From a bacterium (GTDB lineage: Bacteria; Actinomycetota; Thermoleophilia; Solirubrobacterales; 70-9), in the NCBI GenBank assembly GCA_046091265.1, contig JBJTBI010000048.1, positions 1 to 39,854 on the forward strand: 39,854 bases of DNA. The letters run 5' to 3'. The stretch's first letter is position 1. Every line of letters begins with the position of its first letter. Of the stretch, positions 1 to 8,996 are shown piece by piece. The notes below the pieces were generated by a model. That model was not told where the DNA came from. It searched no databases and saw only the letters and a list, made by a program, of their open reading frames with translations. The position numbers were made by a program, and so were the translations under genes.

Positions 1-141
1 ACGGTCGAGGTCCGTTCCGTCTCGCCGTATCCAGGTTCCCGCGACAGGCACATCCACCTTCTTCGCAAGAATGGCCCGACGCCGGAGGGATTGCCCCGAC
101 GGCCGGGTATGGCGTCGAAGCGTCCGTTGGGTATCGAATGA
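1..141 (+). CDS. rsmG: 16S rRNA m7G527 methyltransferase RsmG/GidB, 3' end only (gene starts left of the window)
   Basis: Frame +1 is open from the window edge to TGA 139-141. The tail HIHLLRKNGPTPEGLPRRPGMASKRPLGIE resembles the conserved RsmG C-terminus (PRRxGxPxKxPL). It sits in the canonical position just upstream of parA-parB. Confidence 0.55.
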   Translation, partial: TVEVRSVSPYPGSRDRHIHLLRKNGPTPEGLPRRPGMASKRPLGIE

Positions 142-238
142 TCCATCTGATGAGAGAGGTTCAAAGGCGAATGGTTTGGTCACGAACTAATTCAAGGGAT
201 TCGCATCAGCGGTATGGCCCATCTGGGACCGTGACCTG

Positions 239-997
239 ATGGGAACCGTCTACGCCATCGCCAACCAGAAGGGCGGCGTGGGGAAAACCACCACGACCGT
301 GAACATGGGCGCCTGTGTTGCAGCGACCGGCGCCCAGACTCTGGTGGTCGATTTGGATGCGCAGTGCAACGCCACGGTGGCGCTCGGCCATCCTCGCGAT
401 CTCGAACCGTCTTCCTACGACTGTCTTGCGGGAGAGGTTTCGGTCGCCGAAGCTGCGAGACCGGCCGGCCCCGACAATCTCTGGCTGGTTCCCGCCAACG
501 AGGATCTCGCGGGCGCCAGTGTCGAGCTCCCGAGAATCGAATCCTTTGAACTCCGGCTTCGCGACTCCCTCGGCCCGGTCAGGGAGCGTTTCGGTTTCAC
601 CTTGTTGGACTGTCCACCCTCCCTCGGCCCGGTGGCGGTGAATGCGCTCGTGGCCGCGGATCGGGTGATCGTCCCGGTGCAGGCCGAGTATCTGGCACTC
701 GAGGGACTGGTCCGGTTCCTCGACACCCTCAAACTCGTCCAGCGGGAACTCAACCCGTCTCTCGAGCTGGCCGGCATCCTGATCACGATGGCTGACGACC
801 GAACCCGACTCTCTCAAGACGTGGAGCGCGAGCTCCGCGAGAATCTCCCGGCGCGGGTGTTCAAGACCGTGATCCCACGAAGCATCCGAGTCGCGGAGGC
901 ACCGAGTTTCGGAGATCCAGTAACCCGACACGCGCCGGAGTCGTCTGGCTCGAAGGCCTACTCCGCCTTGGCTCAGGAGGTGACATCCCTTGGCTGA
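239..997 (+). CDS. parA: Chromosome partitioning ATPase ParA/Soj
   Basis: 252 aa. Deviant Walker A at the N-terminus (YAIANQKGGVGKTTTTVNMG). ParA/MinD-type architecture. The stop overlaps the parB start. Confidence 0.95.
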   Translation: MGTVYAIANQKGGVGKTTTTVNMGACVAATGAQTLVVDLDAQCNATVALGHPRDLEPSSYDCLAGEVSVAEAARPAGPDNLWLVPANEDLAGASVELPRIESFELRLRDSLGPVRERFGFTLLDCPPSLGPVAVNALVAADRVIVPVQAEYLALEGLVRFLDTLKLVQRELNPSLELAGILITMADDRTRLSQDVERELRENLPARVFKTVIPRSIRVAEAPSFGDPVTRHAPESSGSKAYSALAQEVTSLG

Positions 998-1850
998 GCG
1001 AAAGCGGGGGATGGGCAAGGGCCTCGCCGCGATACTCCCGGACTCCTCAGTGGGAGGCCCCGAGCTGAGGGAGGTTCCGATCGGTTCGATCGAGCCGAAT
1101 CCCGACCAGCCGAGAACCAATTTCGACTCCGATGCACTGGCGGCCCTCGCGGACTCGATCTCTTCCGCCGGACTGCTCCAGCCTTTGATCGTCAGGCCGT
1201 CCCCCGATGGTCGCTTTCAGCTCGTGGCTGGTGAACGGCGCTGGAGGGCCTCGCAGAAGGCCGGTCTCGCCACCGTTCCAGCCGTGGTCCGCTCGTCGCC
1301 GGAAGACGAGCGGCTGCAGGCAGCATTGATCGAGAACATGGTCAGAGAGGATCTGAATCCAGCCGACGAGGCCAGGGCCTGCGCGGCCCTGGTCGACGAT
1401 CTAGGGATCTCGAAAGAAGATCTGGCGAAGCGCCTTGGACGGTCTCGCGCTGGGATATCCAATTTGATCAGGCTGCTCGATCTCCCCGATGGGGTCCTCG
1501 AATTGATGGCCACCGGAAGTCTGAGCGAAGGTCACGGGCGGGCTCTCCTGATGTCTCCGGATCAGACGACTCGCTTGAAGTTGGGCAAGAAGGCAGCGAA
1601 GGAGGGCTGGTCGGTACGAGAAACCGAGCGTCGTGCGAAACCGGCGGAGCCGAGCGCAGGCAGGAAGGTTTCGAGCGGCAGGATCTCCTCTGAGGAGCGC
1701 ACGGCGTTACTCCAGGCAGGAGAGGGTCTCGAGGAATCGATAGGACACGAAGCGAAGATCAAGCGATCCGGGTCCGGCTTCGTCGCGGAGCTGTACTTCG
1801 ATGACCTGGCCGAAGTGGCTAAGCTCGTGAAGCGGCTTCGTAAGCGATAA
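990..1850 (+). CDS. parB: Chromosome partitioning protein ParB/Spo0J
   Basis: 286 aa. TTG start overlaps the parA stop by 8 nt. ParB-box motifs IEPNPDQPRTNFD and LIVRP...FQLVAGERRWRA, plus an HTH (LGRSRAGISNLIRLL). Alternative ATG at 1011. Confidence 0.92.
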   Translation: MAERKRGMGKGLAAILPDSSVGGPELREVPIGSIEPNPDQPRTNFDSDALAALADSISSAGLLQPLIVRPSPDGRFQLVAGERRWRASQKAGLATVPAVVRSSPEDERLQAALIENMVREDLNPADEARACAALVDDLGISKEDLAKRLGRSRAGISNLIRLLDLPDGVLELMATGSLSEGHGRALLMSPDQTTRLKLGKKAAKEGWSVRETERRAKPAEPSAGRKVSSGRISSEERTALLQAGEGLEESIGHEAKIKRSGSGFVAELYFDDLAEVAKLVKRLRKR

Positions 1851-1859
1851 GGGAGGGCT

Positions 1860-2279
1860 TCAGGATCCGGATTCGGGCACCGCGATCACGGGGATCGAAG
1901 AGACTTGGAGGAGTTTTTGGGGTACTGCTCCTACGATTGCTCCCTTCAGCGACGATTCGGAATGCGCCCCGACGACGATCGCGCGTGCTCCGACCTCTGA
2001 CGCGATGTTGATCAACGCATCGACGGGCTCGGTCTCGACCAATCTCACTTCGACTTCGAGCCCTTCCGCCCCGGCTTGGTCAACAGCACGCTTTTCGACT
2101 GCCCTTGCATGCTCCTTGAGAGCGGCAGCGTAGTCGGCTACTTCTCCCCCAAGTCTCGATACGACGTAGCCGAAGACCACGATCAGCTCATCGCCGCACG
2201 CCTTGGCCTGTGAGGCCGCCTCTACAAGCGCGGCGCGAGAACAGTTCGATCCGTCGTAGCCACAAACGATCTTCCCCAT
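1860..2279 (-). CDS. Universal stress protein (UspA family)
   Basis: 139 aa. Usp-type pattern: IVCGYDGS at the N-terminus, and IVVGAHSESSLKGAIVGAVPQKLLQVSSIPVIAV at the C-terminus. The start is 1 nt downstream of the permease stop, so co-transcription is likely. Confidence 0.85.
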   Translation of the reverse strand: MGKIVCGYDGSNCSRAALVEAASQAKACGDELIVVFGYVVSRLGGEVADYAAALKEHARAVEKRAVDQAGAEGLEVEVRLVETEPVDALINIASEVGARAIVVGAHSESSLKGAIVGAVPQKLLQVSSIPVIAVPESGS

Positions 2280-2280
2280 C

Positions 2281-3867
2281 TCAGTTCGACTCCTTTCCGG
2301 ATGCCCGTTGCTCGAAAACCGCTGGGCCAGCGACCTGGGTCTTGCTTCTGTCGAAGAAGTCCGGCCTTCCGATTCGCCAACCGAGCATCACGATGACCCC
2401 GAGCAACAGGAAACCGATCCCGATCACCAGAGGGGGTCCGAGACCCAACCAAGCTTGACCTCCGGTCGAGTTGGCTGGATCGGACAGATCTACGCACGAT
2501 TTGACGAAGAGACCGGTCAAAGCCAGAGCCCCGGTCATCGGTGCCACTCCGACGATCAGGAAGGTCTTCAGGTCTCGCGTGAGTTGCTTTCGGTAGTAGA
2601 CGACACAGGCGAACCCGGTTAGCGCGTAGTAGAAGGCGATCATCAGCCCGAGAGCTGCAATCGAGTCGTAGAGGATGTTCTCGGAGATGATCGTGAGCCC
2701 GACGTACCAGACGACCGAGAGCACGCCGAACAGAACGGTCGCAGTATGGGGTGTGAGATAGCGGGTGCTGACGTTCCCGAGCGCCTTCGGGAAGGCTCCT
2801 TGTCGTGCCATGGCAAGTGCAGTTCGGGCATTGGGCAGGATCGTGGTCTGGCAGGATGCCGCCGCGGAGGTCAATACCGCGATGATCACGATCTTGTCCA
2901 GAGGTGATCCGAAGACGTCGCTCGCTTCCTGGCTGAGCGCATCATCCTGATCAGCGAGAGCAGCGGGTCCGTTGAAGGCTTGGGCTGCGGTCGACACGAT
3001 CAGGTAGATACCGAGCAGGATCAGGGTCGAGACCACCGCTGCCCGCCCTGGTGTGTGCGTGGAGTCCTCGGACTCCTCGTTCACGGTGACCGTACTGTCC
3101 CACCCCCAATAGATGAATACAGCGATCAAGACACCGCTCACCAGCGCTGTGAAGGAGTCGACCTCGAACGGATTGAACCAGGCGAATGATGGTTCTACCG
3201 CGTTGGGTCCACCGTCACCTGCGTAGACCTTGATCAAGGCGATGATCGCGAACAGTGCCAAGGTGAGGATCTCGGCACCGAGCAGGCCGACCTGAGTCCG
3301 TGCGGAGAGTTCTATCCCGATCACGCAGATGGCAGTCATCAAGATGATGAAGACGACTCCGACTGCGGTGACCGCGGCCGTCGAGGCCGCAGCAGATTCC
3401 CAACCGACCAGCAGGAAGAGATAGAGCCCCGCGATCTGCGCCAAGTTCGCCATTACGATTGTCCCCGCACAGGCGATTCCCCAGCCACCCATCCATCCCA
3501 AATAGGGCCCCATCGCTTTCGTGACCCATGAGAAGGTCGTCCCACAGTCGGGATCGGCTCGGTTCATCCAGTAGTACGCGGCCGCGATGAAGAGCATTGG
3601 CAGGAAGGCGACGAACATCACCGCCGGCGCGGCGAACCCGACCCCGGCAATGCCGAGTACGAATCCGAGACTGGCCGCGAGTGAATAGCCGGGAGCGGTC
3701 GAAGCGACCCCGATGGTCACATTCGATGCGAATCCAATCGCGTTTGCCTTCAGACCCTTCTCTCCGGGTGCCGATCCACTGGGAGCACCGGACTTCGAGG
3801 TCTTGGCTTTCGATACAACAGCCATTTCAGAAGAGGTTACGGGAATTCGTTTCGAGGGAGTTCGCAT
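2281..3867 (-). CDS. APC-superfamily amino acid/polyamine permease
   Basis: 528 aa and very hydrophobic, with about 12 TM segments by eye. APC-type N-terminus (KANAIGFASNVTIGVASTAPGYSLA). GGAGGG Shine-Dalgarno 7 nt upstream of ATG 3867. Alternative ATG at 3825. Confidence 0.85.
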   Translation of the reverse strand: MRTPSKRIPVTSSEMAVVSKAKTSKSGAPSGSAPGEKGLKANAIGFASNVTIGVASTAPGYSLAASLGFVLGIAGVGFAAPAVMFVAFLPMLFIAAAYYWMNRADPDCGTTFSWVTKAMGPYLGWMGGWGIACAGTIVMANLAQIAGLYLFLLVGWESAAASTAAVTAVGVVFIILMTAICVIGIELSARTQVGLLGAEILTLALFAIIALIKVYAGDGGPNAVEPSFAWFNPFEVDSFTALVSGVLIAVFIYWGWDSTVTVNEESEDSTHTPGRAAVVSTLILLGIYLIVSTAAQAFNGPAALADQDDALSQEASDVFGSPLDKIVIIAVLTSAAASCQTTILPNARTALAMARQGAFPKALGNVSTRYLTPHTATVLFGVLSVVWYVGLTIISENILYDSIAALGLMIAFYYALTGFACVVYYRKQLTRDLKTFLIVGVAPMTGALALTGLFVKSCVDLSDPANSTGGQAWLGLGPPLVIGIGFLLLGVIVMLGWRIGRPDFFDRSKTQVAGPAVFEQRASGKESN

Positions 3868-3871
3868 CGAT

Positions 3872-3877
3872 TACCCT
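3872..3877 (+). promoter_or_regulatory. Putative -10 hexamer (TACCCT) for a leaderless aguA transcript
   Basis: TANNNT hexamer 7 nt upstream of ATG 3885. The same bases overlap the permease SD on the opposite strand (CCCTCC, 3874-3879). Confidence 0.35.
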
Positions 3878-3884
3878 CCAGCGC

Positions 3885-4937
3885 ATGGAGTCACCGGTTA
3901 CCCCCCGCGCGGAATCGCTCACGATGCCTGCAGAGGGGTCGATTCATGAACGGACACTGATGGCTTGGCCATGCGCCAGATGGGAGTCCTTCGGGTTGCT
4001 CGAGCAGGCGTTCGTCAACTACGCTGCGGTTGCCAACGCGATTGCTGCTTTCGAGCCGGTGACCATGTTCGCCGCACCGGCGTTTTCCGGTGAGGCTCGC
4101 GCTCGTTGCTCTGAGGAGATCGAAGTGGTGGAGGTGGATCTCGACGACGCGTGGTTGCGCGACTCCGGACCGATCTTCGTGGACGGCGATGACGGATGTC
4201 GTCTGGGAGTCGATTTCCGATTCAACGCCTGGGGCGAGAAGTTTCCGACCTGGGAAGCTGACGATCGGGTTGCTGCCGAGATCTGTGATCGCCTCGCGAT
4301 CGAGTCTCGCCGCTCTCCGATCGTGCTCGAGGGCGGCTCGATCACCGTCGACGGTCTCGGAACCCTGATAACCACCGAGCAGTGTCTCCTGCATCCGAAG
4401 CGCAACCCTGAACTCGACAGGCACGGGATAGAGGCCGCGCTCGGCGATTGGCTGGGAGTCACCGAAGTGGTCTGGCTCGGTAATGGGTTGGTAGAGGATC
4501 GCGACACCGACGGACATGTGGACAACCTCTGTGCATTCGTCGAGCCCGGGAAGGTGATCTGTCAGACCGCTCCGGGTGCGGATGATCCCAATCATCCACT
4601 GCTGAGCGAAAACCTGAGACGTCTGGCCGATGCAACGGACGCACGCGGCAACCCGATCGAGGCGATCGAGCTCCCGTTCCTCCCGCGAGTCGAGCACGAG
4701 GGACGGCCCGTTGCGATTCCCTACACGAACTTCTATCTGGTCAACGGCGGGGTCATCGTGCCCATACCCGACGGAGGAGACCCGAGCGAGGCTGATGCGT
4801 TGGCAGTGATCGCGGGCGCCTTCCCGGATCGGGAGGTCGTAGGTGTACCTTCCACGACCCTTGCACTCGGGGGCGGCGGGATCCACTGCATCACCCAGCA
4901 GGTGCCTGTTGTCCGAGGTCAGGCCGATAGTGGCTGA
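3885..4937 (+). CDS. aguA: Agmatine deiminase (PAD_porph family)
   Basis: Motifs ERTLMAWP, AWLRDSGPIF, FRFNAWGEKF, LEGGSITVDGLGTLITTEQCLL, TDGHVDN, YTNFYLVNGGVIVP, and a C-terminal GGGGIHCITQQVP with the catalytic Cys. The start is ATG 3885 or ATG 3924. The ORF-track start at 3597 is rejected because it runs antisense through the permease. Confidence 0.85.
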   Translation: MESPVTPRAESLTMPAEGSIHERTLMAWPCARWESFGLLEQAFVNYAAVANAIAAFEPVTMFAAPAFSGEARARCSEEIEVVEVDLDDAWLRDSGPIFVDGDDGCRLGVDFRFNAWGEKFPTWEADDRVAAEICDRLAIESRRSPIVLEGGSITVDGLGTLITTEQCLLHPKRNPELDRHGIEAALGDWLGVTEVVWLGNGLVEDRDTDGHVDNLCAFVEPGKVICQTAPGADDPNHPLLSENLRRLADATDARGNPIEAIELPFLPRVEHEGRPVAIPYTNFYLVNGGVIVPIPDGGDPSEADALAVIAGAFPDREVVGVPSTTLALGGGGIHCITQQVPVVRGQADSG

Positions 4938-5871
4938 GCTCCGATTGGTCAGCTCGGTCGGATCACCGCTCTCCTCTCCGGCACGGACTCGGGATTCGGA
5001 GCGGAAGCCGTTTCGGGTCGGCGCGGTACAGCAACGCTGGAATCCCGATCCCGAGGAACACATGGAGGCGCTCGGGCAGGGGATCAGGCTGGCCGCCGAT
5101 GAGGGAGCACGGCTCATCTGTCTGCAGGAGCTCACGCTCTCCCCCTATTTCGCCATCACGGAGGATGAATTGGATTCCGCCCTCGAGCGAGCCGAGGCGA
5201 TTCCCGACGGCCCCACTTGTCGCTTCGCCGAGCGCATGGCGCGAGAGACGGGTGCTTATGTCCATGCTTCCCTCTACGAAGCCTCCGGAGGAGGGGAGGA
5301 CAGACGCGGATACAACACGGCCGTCTGCTTCTCTCCCGCTGGGGAACTGATCGCGAGGACCCGGAAGCTGCATATTCCGGTCACGGCTGGCTACTACGAG
5401 GACCGGTATTTCCGGCCGGGCGACACCGGCTACCCGGTGATCGCCCTCGAGGCAGCCAAAGTCGGTTTTCCTACCTGTTGGGACCAGTGGTTCCCCGAGT
5501 TGGCACGAACCTACTCCCTGGCCGGCGCGGAGGTGCTGGTCTATCCAACCGCAATCGGTTCCGAACCCGATCACCCTGATTTCGACACCGAACCGCTCTG
5601 GGAGAGGGTCATCACCGCGAACGGCATCGCGAACGGCACATTCATGGTCGCGGTGAACAGGATCGGCCGTGAGGGGCAGATCGAGTTCTACGGCTCCTCG
5701 TTCATCTCGGATCCCTACGGACGGGTCCTGGCCAAGTCTCCACGGGATGAACCCGCCGTGCTGGTATGCGATCTGGATCTCGATCAGCGGCGTGACTGGC
5801 TCGAACTCTTCCCCTTCCTGGGGACGAGACGACCCGATACCTACGGCCCACTCCAGCAGCCCCCTGCCTAG
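4930..5871 (+). CDS. aguB: N-carbamoylputrescine amidase (carbon-nitrogen hydrolase family)
   Basis: CN-hydrolase Glu-Lys-Cys triad contexts: FRVGAVQ...LICLQELTLSPYF, RKLHIP, FPTCWDQWFPE. Proposed GTG 4930 overlaps the aguA stop by 8 nt. The start is uncertain (the ORF track gives 4843). Confidence 0.82.
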   Translation: MAELRLVSSVGSPLSSPARTRDSERKPFRVGAVQQRWNPDPEEHMEALGQGIRLAADEGARLICLQELTLSPYFAITEDELDSALERAEAIPDGPTCRFAERMARETGAYVHASLYEASGGGEDRRGYNTAVCFSPAGELIARTRKLHIPVTAGYYEDRYFRPGDTGYPVIALEAAKVGFPTCWDQWFPELARTYSLAGAEVLVYPTAIGSEPDHPDFDTEPLWERVITANGIANGTFMVAVNRIGREGQIEFYGSSFISDPYGRVLAKSPRDEPAVLVCDLDLDQRRDWLELFPFLGTRRPDTYGPLQQPPA

Positions 5872-5931
5872 CGGTAAACTGCGCGCTCTCGCGCTCCGAG
5901 TGGCCGGATGGTCAGATGAGCACGGAAGCGA

Positions 5932-6005
<74 letters not shown>

Positions 6006-6038
6006 CTGTGGGAATGAGTCCGAAACCAAGGTGAAACC

Positions 6039-6530
6039 GTGCAGCTAATGAGCATCTACGGAGTCAGTTTCGACATGGTCGGCAAGCAGCCGATCGTCTT
6101 GCTGAAGACCGAGGAGGGCAATAAGTTCCTGCCGATCTGGATCGGACATCCCGTGGCCGCTGCGATCCTGATGAAACTCCAGGGGCAGGAGACCCCCAGG
6201 CCCATGACCCACGATCTATTCGCGGATCTGGTCGGTCAGGTAGGAGCCCAATGCGAATCGGTGACCGTCACGGAGTTGAAGGACAACACCTTCTTCGCCC
6301 AGATCAACCTGCTGGTCAACGGGCAGACGGTGGAGATCGATTCCCGCCCCTCCGACGCACTCGCGCTCGCGGTACGTATAGACGCTCCAATCTATGCCGC
6401 TGACGAGGTGATCGAGGAGTCGGCAATCGAGTTCGAGCACGAAGTGGAGGACACCGAGGAGGTGGTCGAGAAGTTCAAGGACTTCCTCGACAACGTGTCT
6501 CCGGAGGATTTCGCCGGAGGCGAAGACTAG
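6039..6530 (+). CDS. Bifunctional nuclease family protein (DUF151/BFN domain)
   Basis: 163 aa. PIVLLKTEEGNKFLPIWIGHPVAAAI...RPMTHDL...SRPSDALALAVR matches the DUF151 core. Acidic C-terminal tail. AAGGTGA SD upstream of GTG 6039 (alternative ATG 6048). Confidence 0.8.
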   Translation: MQLMSIYGVSFDMVGKQPIVLLKTEEGNKFLPIWIGHPVAAAILMKLQGQETPRPMTHDLFADLVGQVGAQCESVTVTELKDNTFFAQINLLVNGQTVEIDSRPSDALALAVRIDAPIYAADEVIEESAIEFEHEVEDTEEVVEKFKDFLDNVSPEDFAGGED

Positions 6531-6565
6531 GCCGACCGGGCTCCCGGTCAGCCTGAGCCCTACCC

Positions 6566-7012
6566 GTGGATCTCTTCAACTCGATCTGCCAGGCACTCGG
6601 ATTCGGACTCGCCGTCGGGGTCCTCTGCGGTGCGGTCCTCCCGGTCCGCCTGCGCCTTCCGTTCGCCGCATCGATCGCTACTGCCGTCGCGGGTCTCTGG
6701 TTGCGGTCAGAGGAGGTGACGTTCTGGCCGATGCTGCCGATCGGCTTGTTCGGGATGTTCACCGCGGGAGTGATCGGTGATGTATTCGCTTGCGCGTCGC
6801 GGCGCGAGTCCCTCCAGTCGCGTGAGGGGTCAGGAGGTCGTGCCTCGGGGTTCTTGATCGCCACAGGTGTGATCTCGGCGCTCGTGGTCGCCGCCGCCAG
6901 CTGGCTCGCTCCACCGCTGGCCATCGTCGTCGCTCTCGCAGTAGTCCTGCTCTACTTCCGCCGACGACGAGCGAGGCCCGAGAAGCACGAGGGTCTCCGG
7001 ATCCTCCGATAG
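6566..7012 (+). CDS. Small integral membrane protein, function unknown
   Basis: 148 aa, GTG start, about 4 hydrophobic segments. The stop TAG overlaps the GTG of the next gene (TAGTG). No family recognised. Confidence 0.5.
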   Translation: MDLFNSICQALGFGLAVGVLCGAVLPVRLRLPFAASIATAVAGLWLRSEEVTFWPMLPIGLFGMFTAGVIGDVFACASRRESLQSREGSGGRASGFLIATGVISALVVAAASWLAPPLAIVVALAVVLLYFRRRRARPEKHEGLRILR

Positions 7013-8571
7013 TGGCTTCCCCGCCGAAGTGGATCTTGACGGTCGTGGATGCGATGCATCCCGGTCTCCTCTCGGAGGCGGTCGCGGCCGGTGCTGCACC
7101 GGCGTTCGGGTCCCTGATGGAACGCGGAGAACTGGTCGAGGACTGTGTCTCGAGCTTCCCCTCGGTGACACCTGTTGCCTCTTCGGAGATCCTCACTGGT
7201 CTCGGTCCCGGTGGTCACTGGGTGATGGGGATGAACTGGTTCCATCGGGTGGAGCGGCGTTACATCGAATACGGCTCGTCCTTCGAGGCCACCCGCATCT
7301 TCGGTCTGTTCAGAGCGATGTACGACCTCGTCTACAACATGAATCTCGATCACCTCAGTTGGGAGGCTCCGACCCTGTTCGAGTCTCTCGGAGCTTCGGG
7401 AGTCAAGACCGCCACTACACCCTTCCTGATCTACCGTGGCTCCCGACGCCATGAGCTCTCCCTCGAGGGGTTGGCCCGTCGGGCGGCCGAAGCCATCAGC
7501 TTCAGACATGCCGTCTGGGGTCCCGACGAGTTCTTCTATGGCGACCTCTATACGAGCCGGCCTACCGAGTGCGGATCGGCTCTGACTCGCCCGGGCGACC
7601 GGGACGAGTATGCAGCGTGTGCCTCGGCCGAGCTGATCGCTGCGGACGCATTCGATTTCCTGCTCCTCAGCCTCCCGGACAACGACTTCCATTCGCACCG
7701 CCAGGGCCCGTCCGGTCAGATCCAGTCGATCGCACGCGCAGATCGCTGTTTCCAGCGCTTGATCGACGCGGCGGGTGGCCTCGACTCCTTCCTCGCGAGG
7801 TACGCGGTAATCCTCACCTCGGATCATGCACAGGTGCCGGTGAATCACTCTCTTCCGCTGATCGAGAGACTCTCCGGCGAATGGGCGGTGCTCCAACCCA
7901 ACGCCGAGAACCCCGAATCAGCCGAGATCGCCGTGAGTCCAACCTCCCGCGCCGCGGCGATCTATCTCCTCCATGCAGATCCGACCCACTCCCGCACCCA
8001 TGAGCGTTTGCGCGGACGAATTCTCGACACCGAGGGGGTCGATCTGATCGCGTGGCTGGCGGATTCCAACGGCGACCCGGTGGTGAGGAACGCCATCGGA
8101 TTCCCCGAGCACGCCCACGAGGCGGTGGTCGAGCGCAACGGCCTCGAACTAAGGTTCTCGCCGGGTGGGCCGGTCACCGATCGCCGTGGTGTCCCGTGGT
8201 CGGTCAGGGGCGACAGCTCGACGCTCGAGGCGGAATCGAGCGGGACGAGTTTCGACAGTCATGAGTACCCGGACGCCCTCTCACGGCTCTGGTCGGCACT
8301 GATTTCGCCACACGCTGGCGACATCCTGGTGTCCGCAGCGGCAGGCTATGAGTTCGTGGATTGGGGAGGGGTCACACACGTCGGAGGCGGCAGCCACGGT
8401 GCGCTCGCACGTGAGGATTCGCTCTCGCCACTCCTGTTCGTGGGTTGCGGTCCAACGGACGTATCCACGTACCCACAGTGGACGCTTCGTGACATCGCCC
8501 CGGTGATCCTGGGCCATTTCGGAGTTCCACTTGCCTCGCCATCTCCGAGTTTGATCGGCACGGGCTCATGA
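7012..8571 (+). CDS. Alkaline-phosphatase-superfamily enzyme, nucleotide pyrophosphatase/phosphodiesterase (NPP) type, apparently cytoplasmic
   Basis: 519 aa. Metal and nucleophile motifs in the expected order: LTVVDAM (Asp), SSFPSVTPVASSEILTG (Thr nucleophile), LPDNDFHSH, LTSDHAQ, GGGSHGAL. No signal peptide is visible. Confidence 0.75.
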   Translation: MASPPKWILTVVDAMHPGLLSEAVAAGAAPAFGSLMERGELVEDCVSSFPSVTPVASSEILTGLGPGGHWVMGMNWFHRVERRYIEYGSSFEATRIFGLFRAMYDLVYNMNLDHLSWEAPTLFESLGASGVKTATTPFLIYRGSRRHELSLEGLARRAAEAISFRHAVWGPDEFFYGDLYTSRPTECGSALTRPGDRDEYAACASAELIAADAFDFLLLSLPDNDFHSHRQGPSGQIQSIARADRCFQRLIDAAGGLDSFLARYAVILTSDHAQVPVNHSLPLIERLSGEWAVLQPNAENPESAEIAVSPTSRAAAIYLLHADPTHSRTHERLRGRILDTEGVDLIAWLADSNGDPVVRNAIGFPEHAHEAVVERNGLELRFSPGGPVTDRRGVPWSVRGDSSTLEAESSGTSFDSHEYPDALSRLWSALISPHAGDILVSAAAGYEFVDWGGVTHVGGGSHGALAREDSLSPLLFVGCGPTDVSTYPQWTLRDIAPVILGHFGVPLASPSPSLIGTGS

Positions 8572-8996
8572 CCCCTGCCAATACCGCGCGACGGATCGGC
8601 CGCGGCACCAGGAAGCCCGAGAACTGGGCTCAGCTGGTTCGGTTTGCCGTGGTCGGCGCGTCGGGCTATGTGATCAACCTGCTGGTCTTCTGGCTCGCCA
8701 CGGAGAAGGCCGATCTGCACCACGCGCTGGCCGCAGTGATCGCGTTCGTGGTGGCGGTCACCAACAACTTCCTCTGGAACAGGCACTGGACCTTCCGGGC
8801 ATCTGCCGGCCACGCCGGGTTCCAAGCCGCTCGGTTCCTGACCGTCAGCGTGATCTCCCTCGGCGTGAACCTCCTGATCCTCCAAGGCATGATCGCGCTC
8901 GGCATGCCCGAGATCGGAGCTCAGGCAATCGCCGTCGCGGTAGCAACCCCGGTCAACTTCATCGGCAACAAACTCTGGACCTTCGACGGCCGGTGA
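8568..8996 (+). CDS. GtrA-family membrane protein (polyprenyl-phosphate-sugar handling)
   Basis: 142 aa with 4 TM segments. FAVVGASGYVINLLVFW, NNFLWNRHWTF and NFIGNKLWTF are typical GtrA motifs. ATGA overlap with the upstream gene and GTGA overlap with the downstream gene. Confidence 0.85.
   Translation: MTPANTARRIGRGTRKPENWAQLVRFAVVGASGYVINLLVFWLATEKADLHHALAAVIAFVVAVTNNFLWNRHWTFRASAGHAGFQAARFLTVSVISLGVNLLILQGMIALGMPEIGAQAIAVAVATPVNFIGNKLWTFDGR

Noticed and set aside
142-238. A possible replication origin or DnaA-box cluster near rsmG-parA, or in the dnaB upstream spacer (32124-32378).
   Set aside because: I found no TTATCCACA or TTGTCCACA-like boxes and no AT-rich unwinding element by eye. 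dnaA and dnaN are not in the window.
206-1120. A 304-aa minus-strand ORF antisense to parA. Similar long antisense ORFs occur at 3891-5135, 6952-7896, 8346-9182, 21309-22025 and 23507-24433.
   Set aside because: Each overlaps a motif-supported gene on the other strand or in another frame and has no recognisable domains. They are typical high-GC shadow ORFs.
3597-3884. N-terminal extensions given by the ORF track for aguA (3597), aguB (4843), hemL (13455), the HepS-like ORF (14786), qcrC (16669), the repeat protein (25473), treT (39165) and the PLC-like gene (22600).
   Set aside because: The extensions overlap upstream genes, are Arg/Pro-rich and unlike the family N-termini. Better starts exist downstream, with an SD, a -10 element or stop-start coupling.
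6534-6549. The palindrome GACCGGG-CT-CCCGGTC after the DUF151 gene, considered as an intrinsic terminator.
   Set aside because: The loop is too small, there is no U-tract, and the next gene starts 17 nt later. It is too weak to call as a feature.
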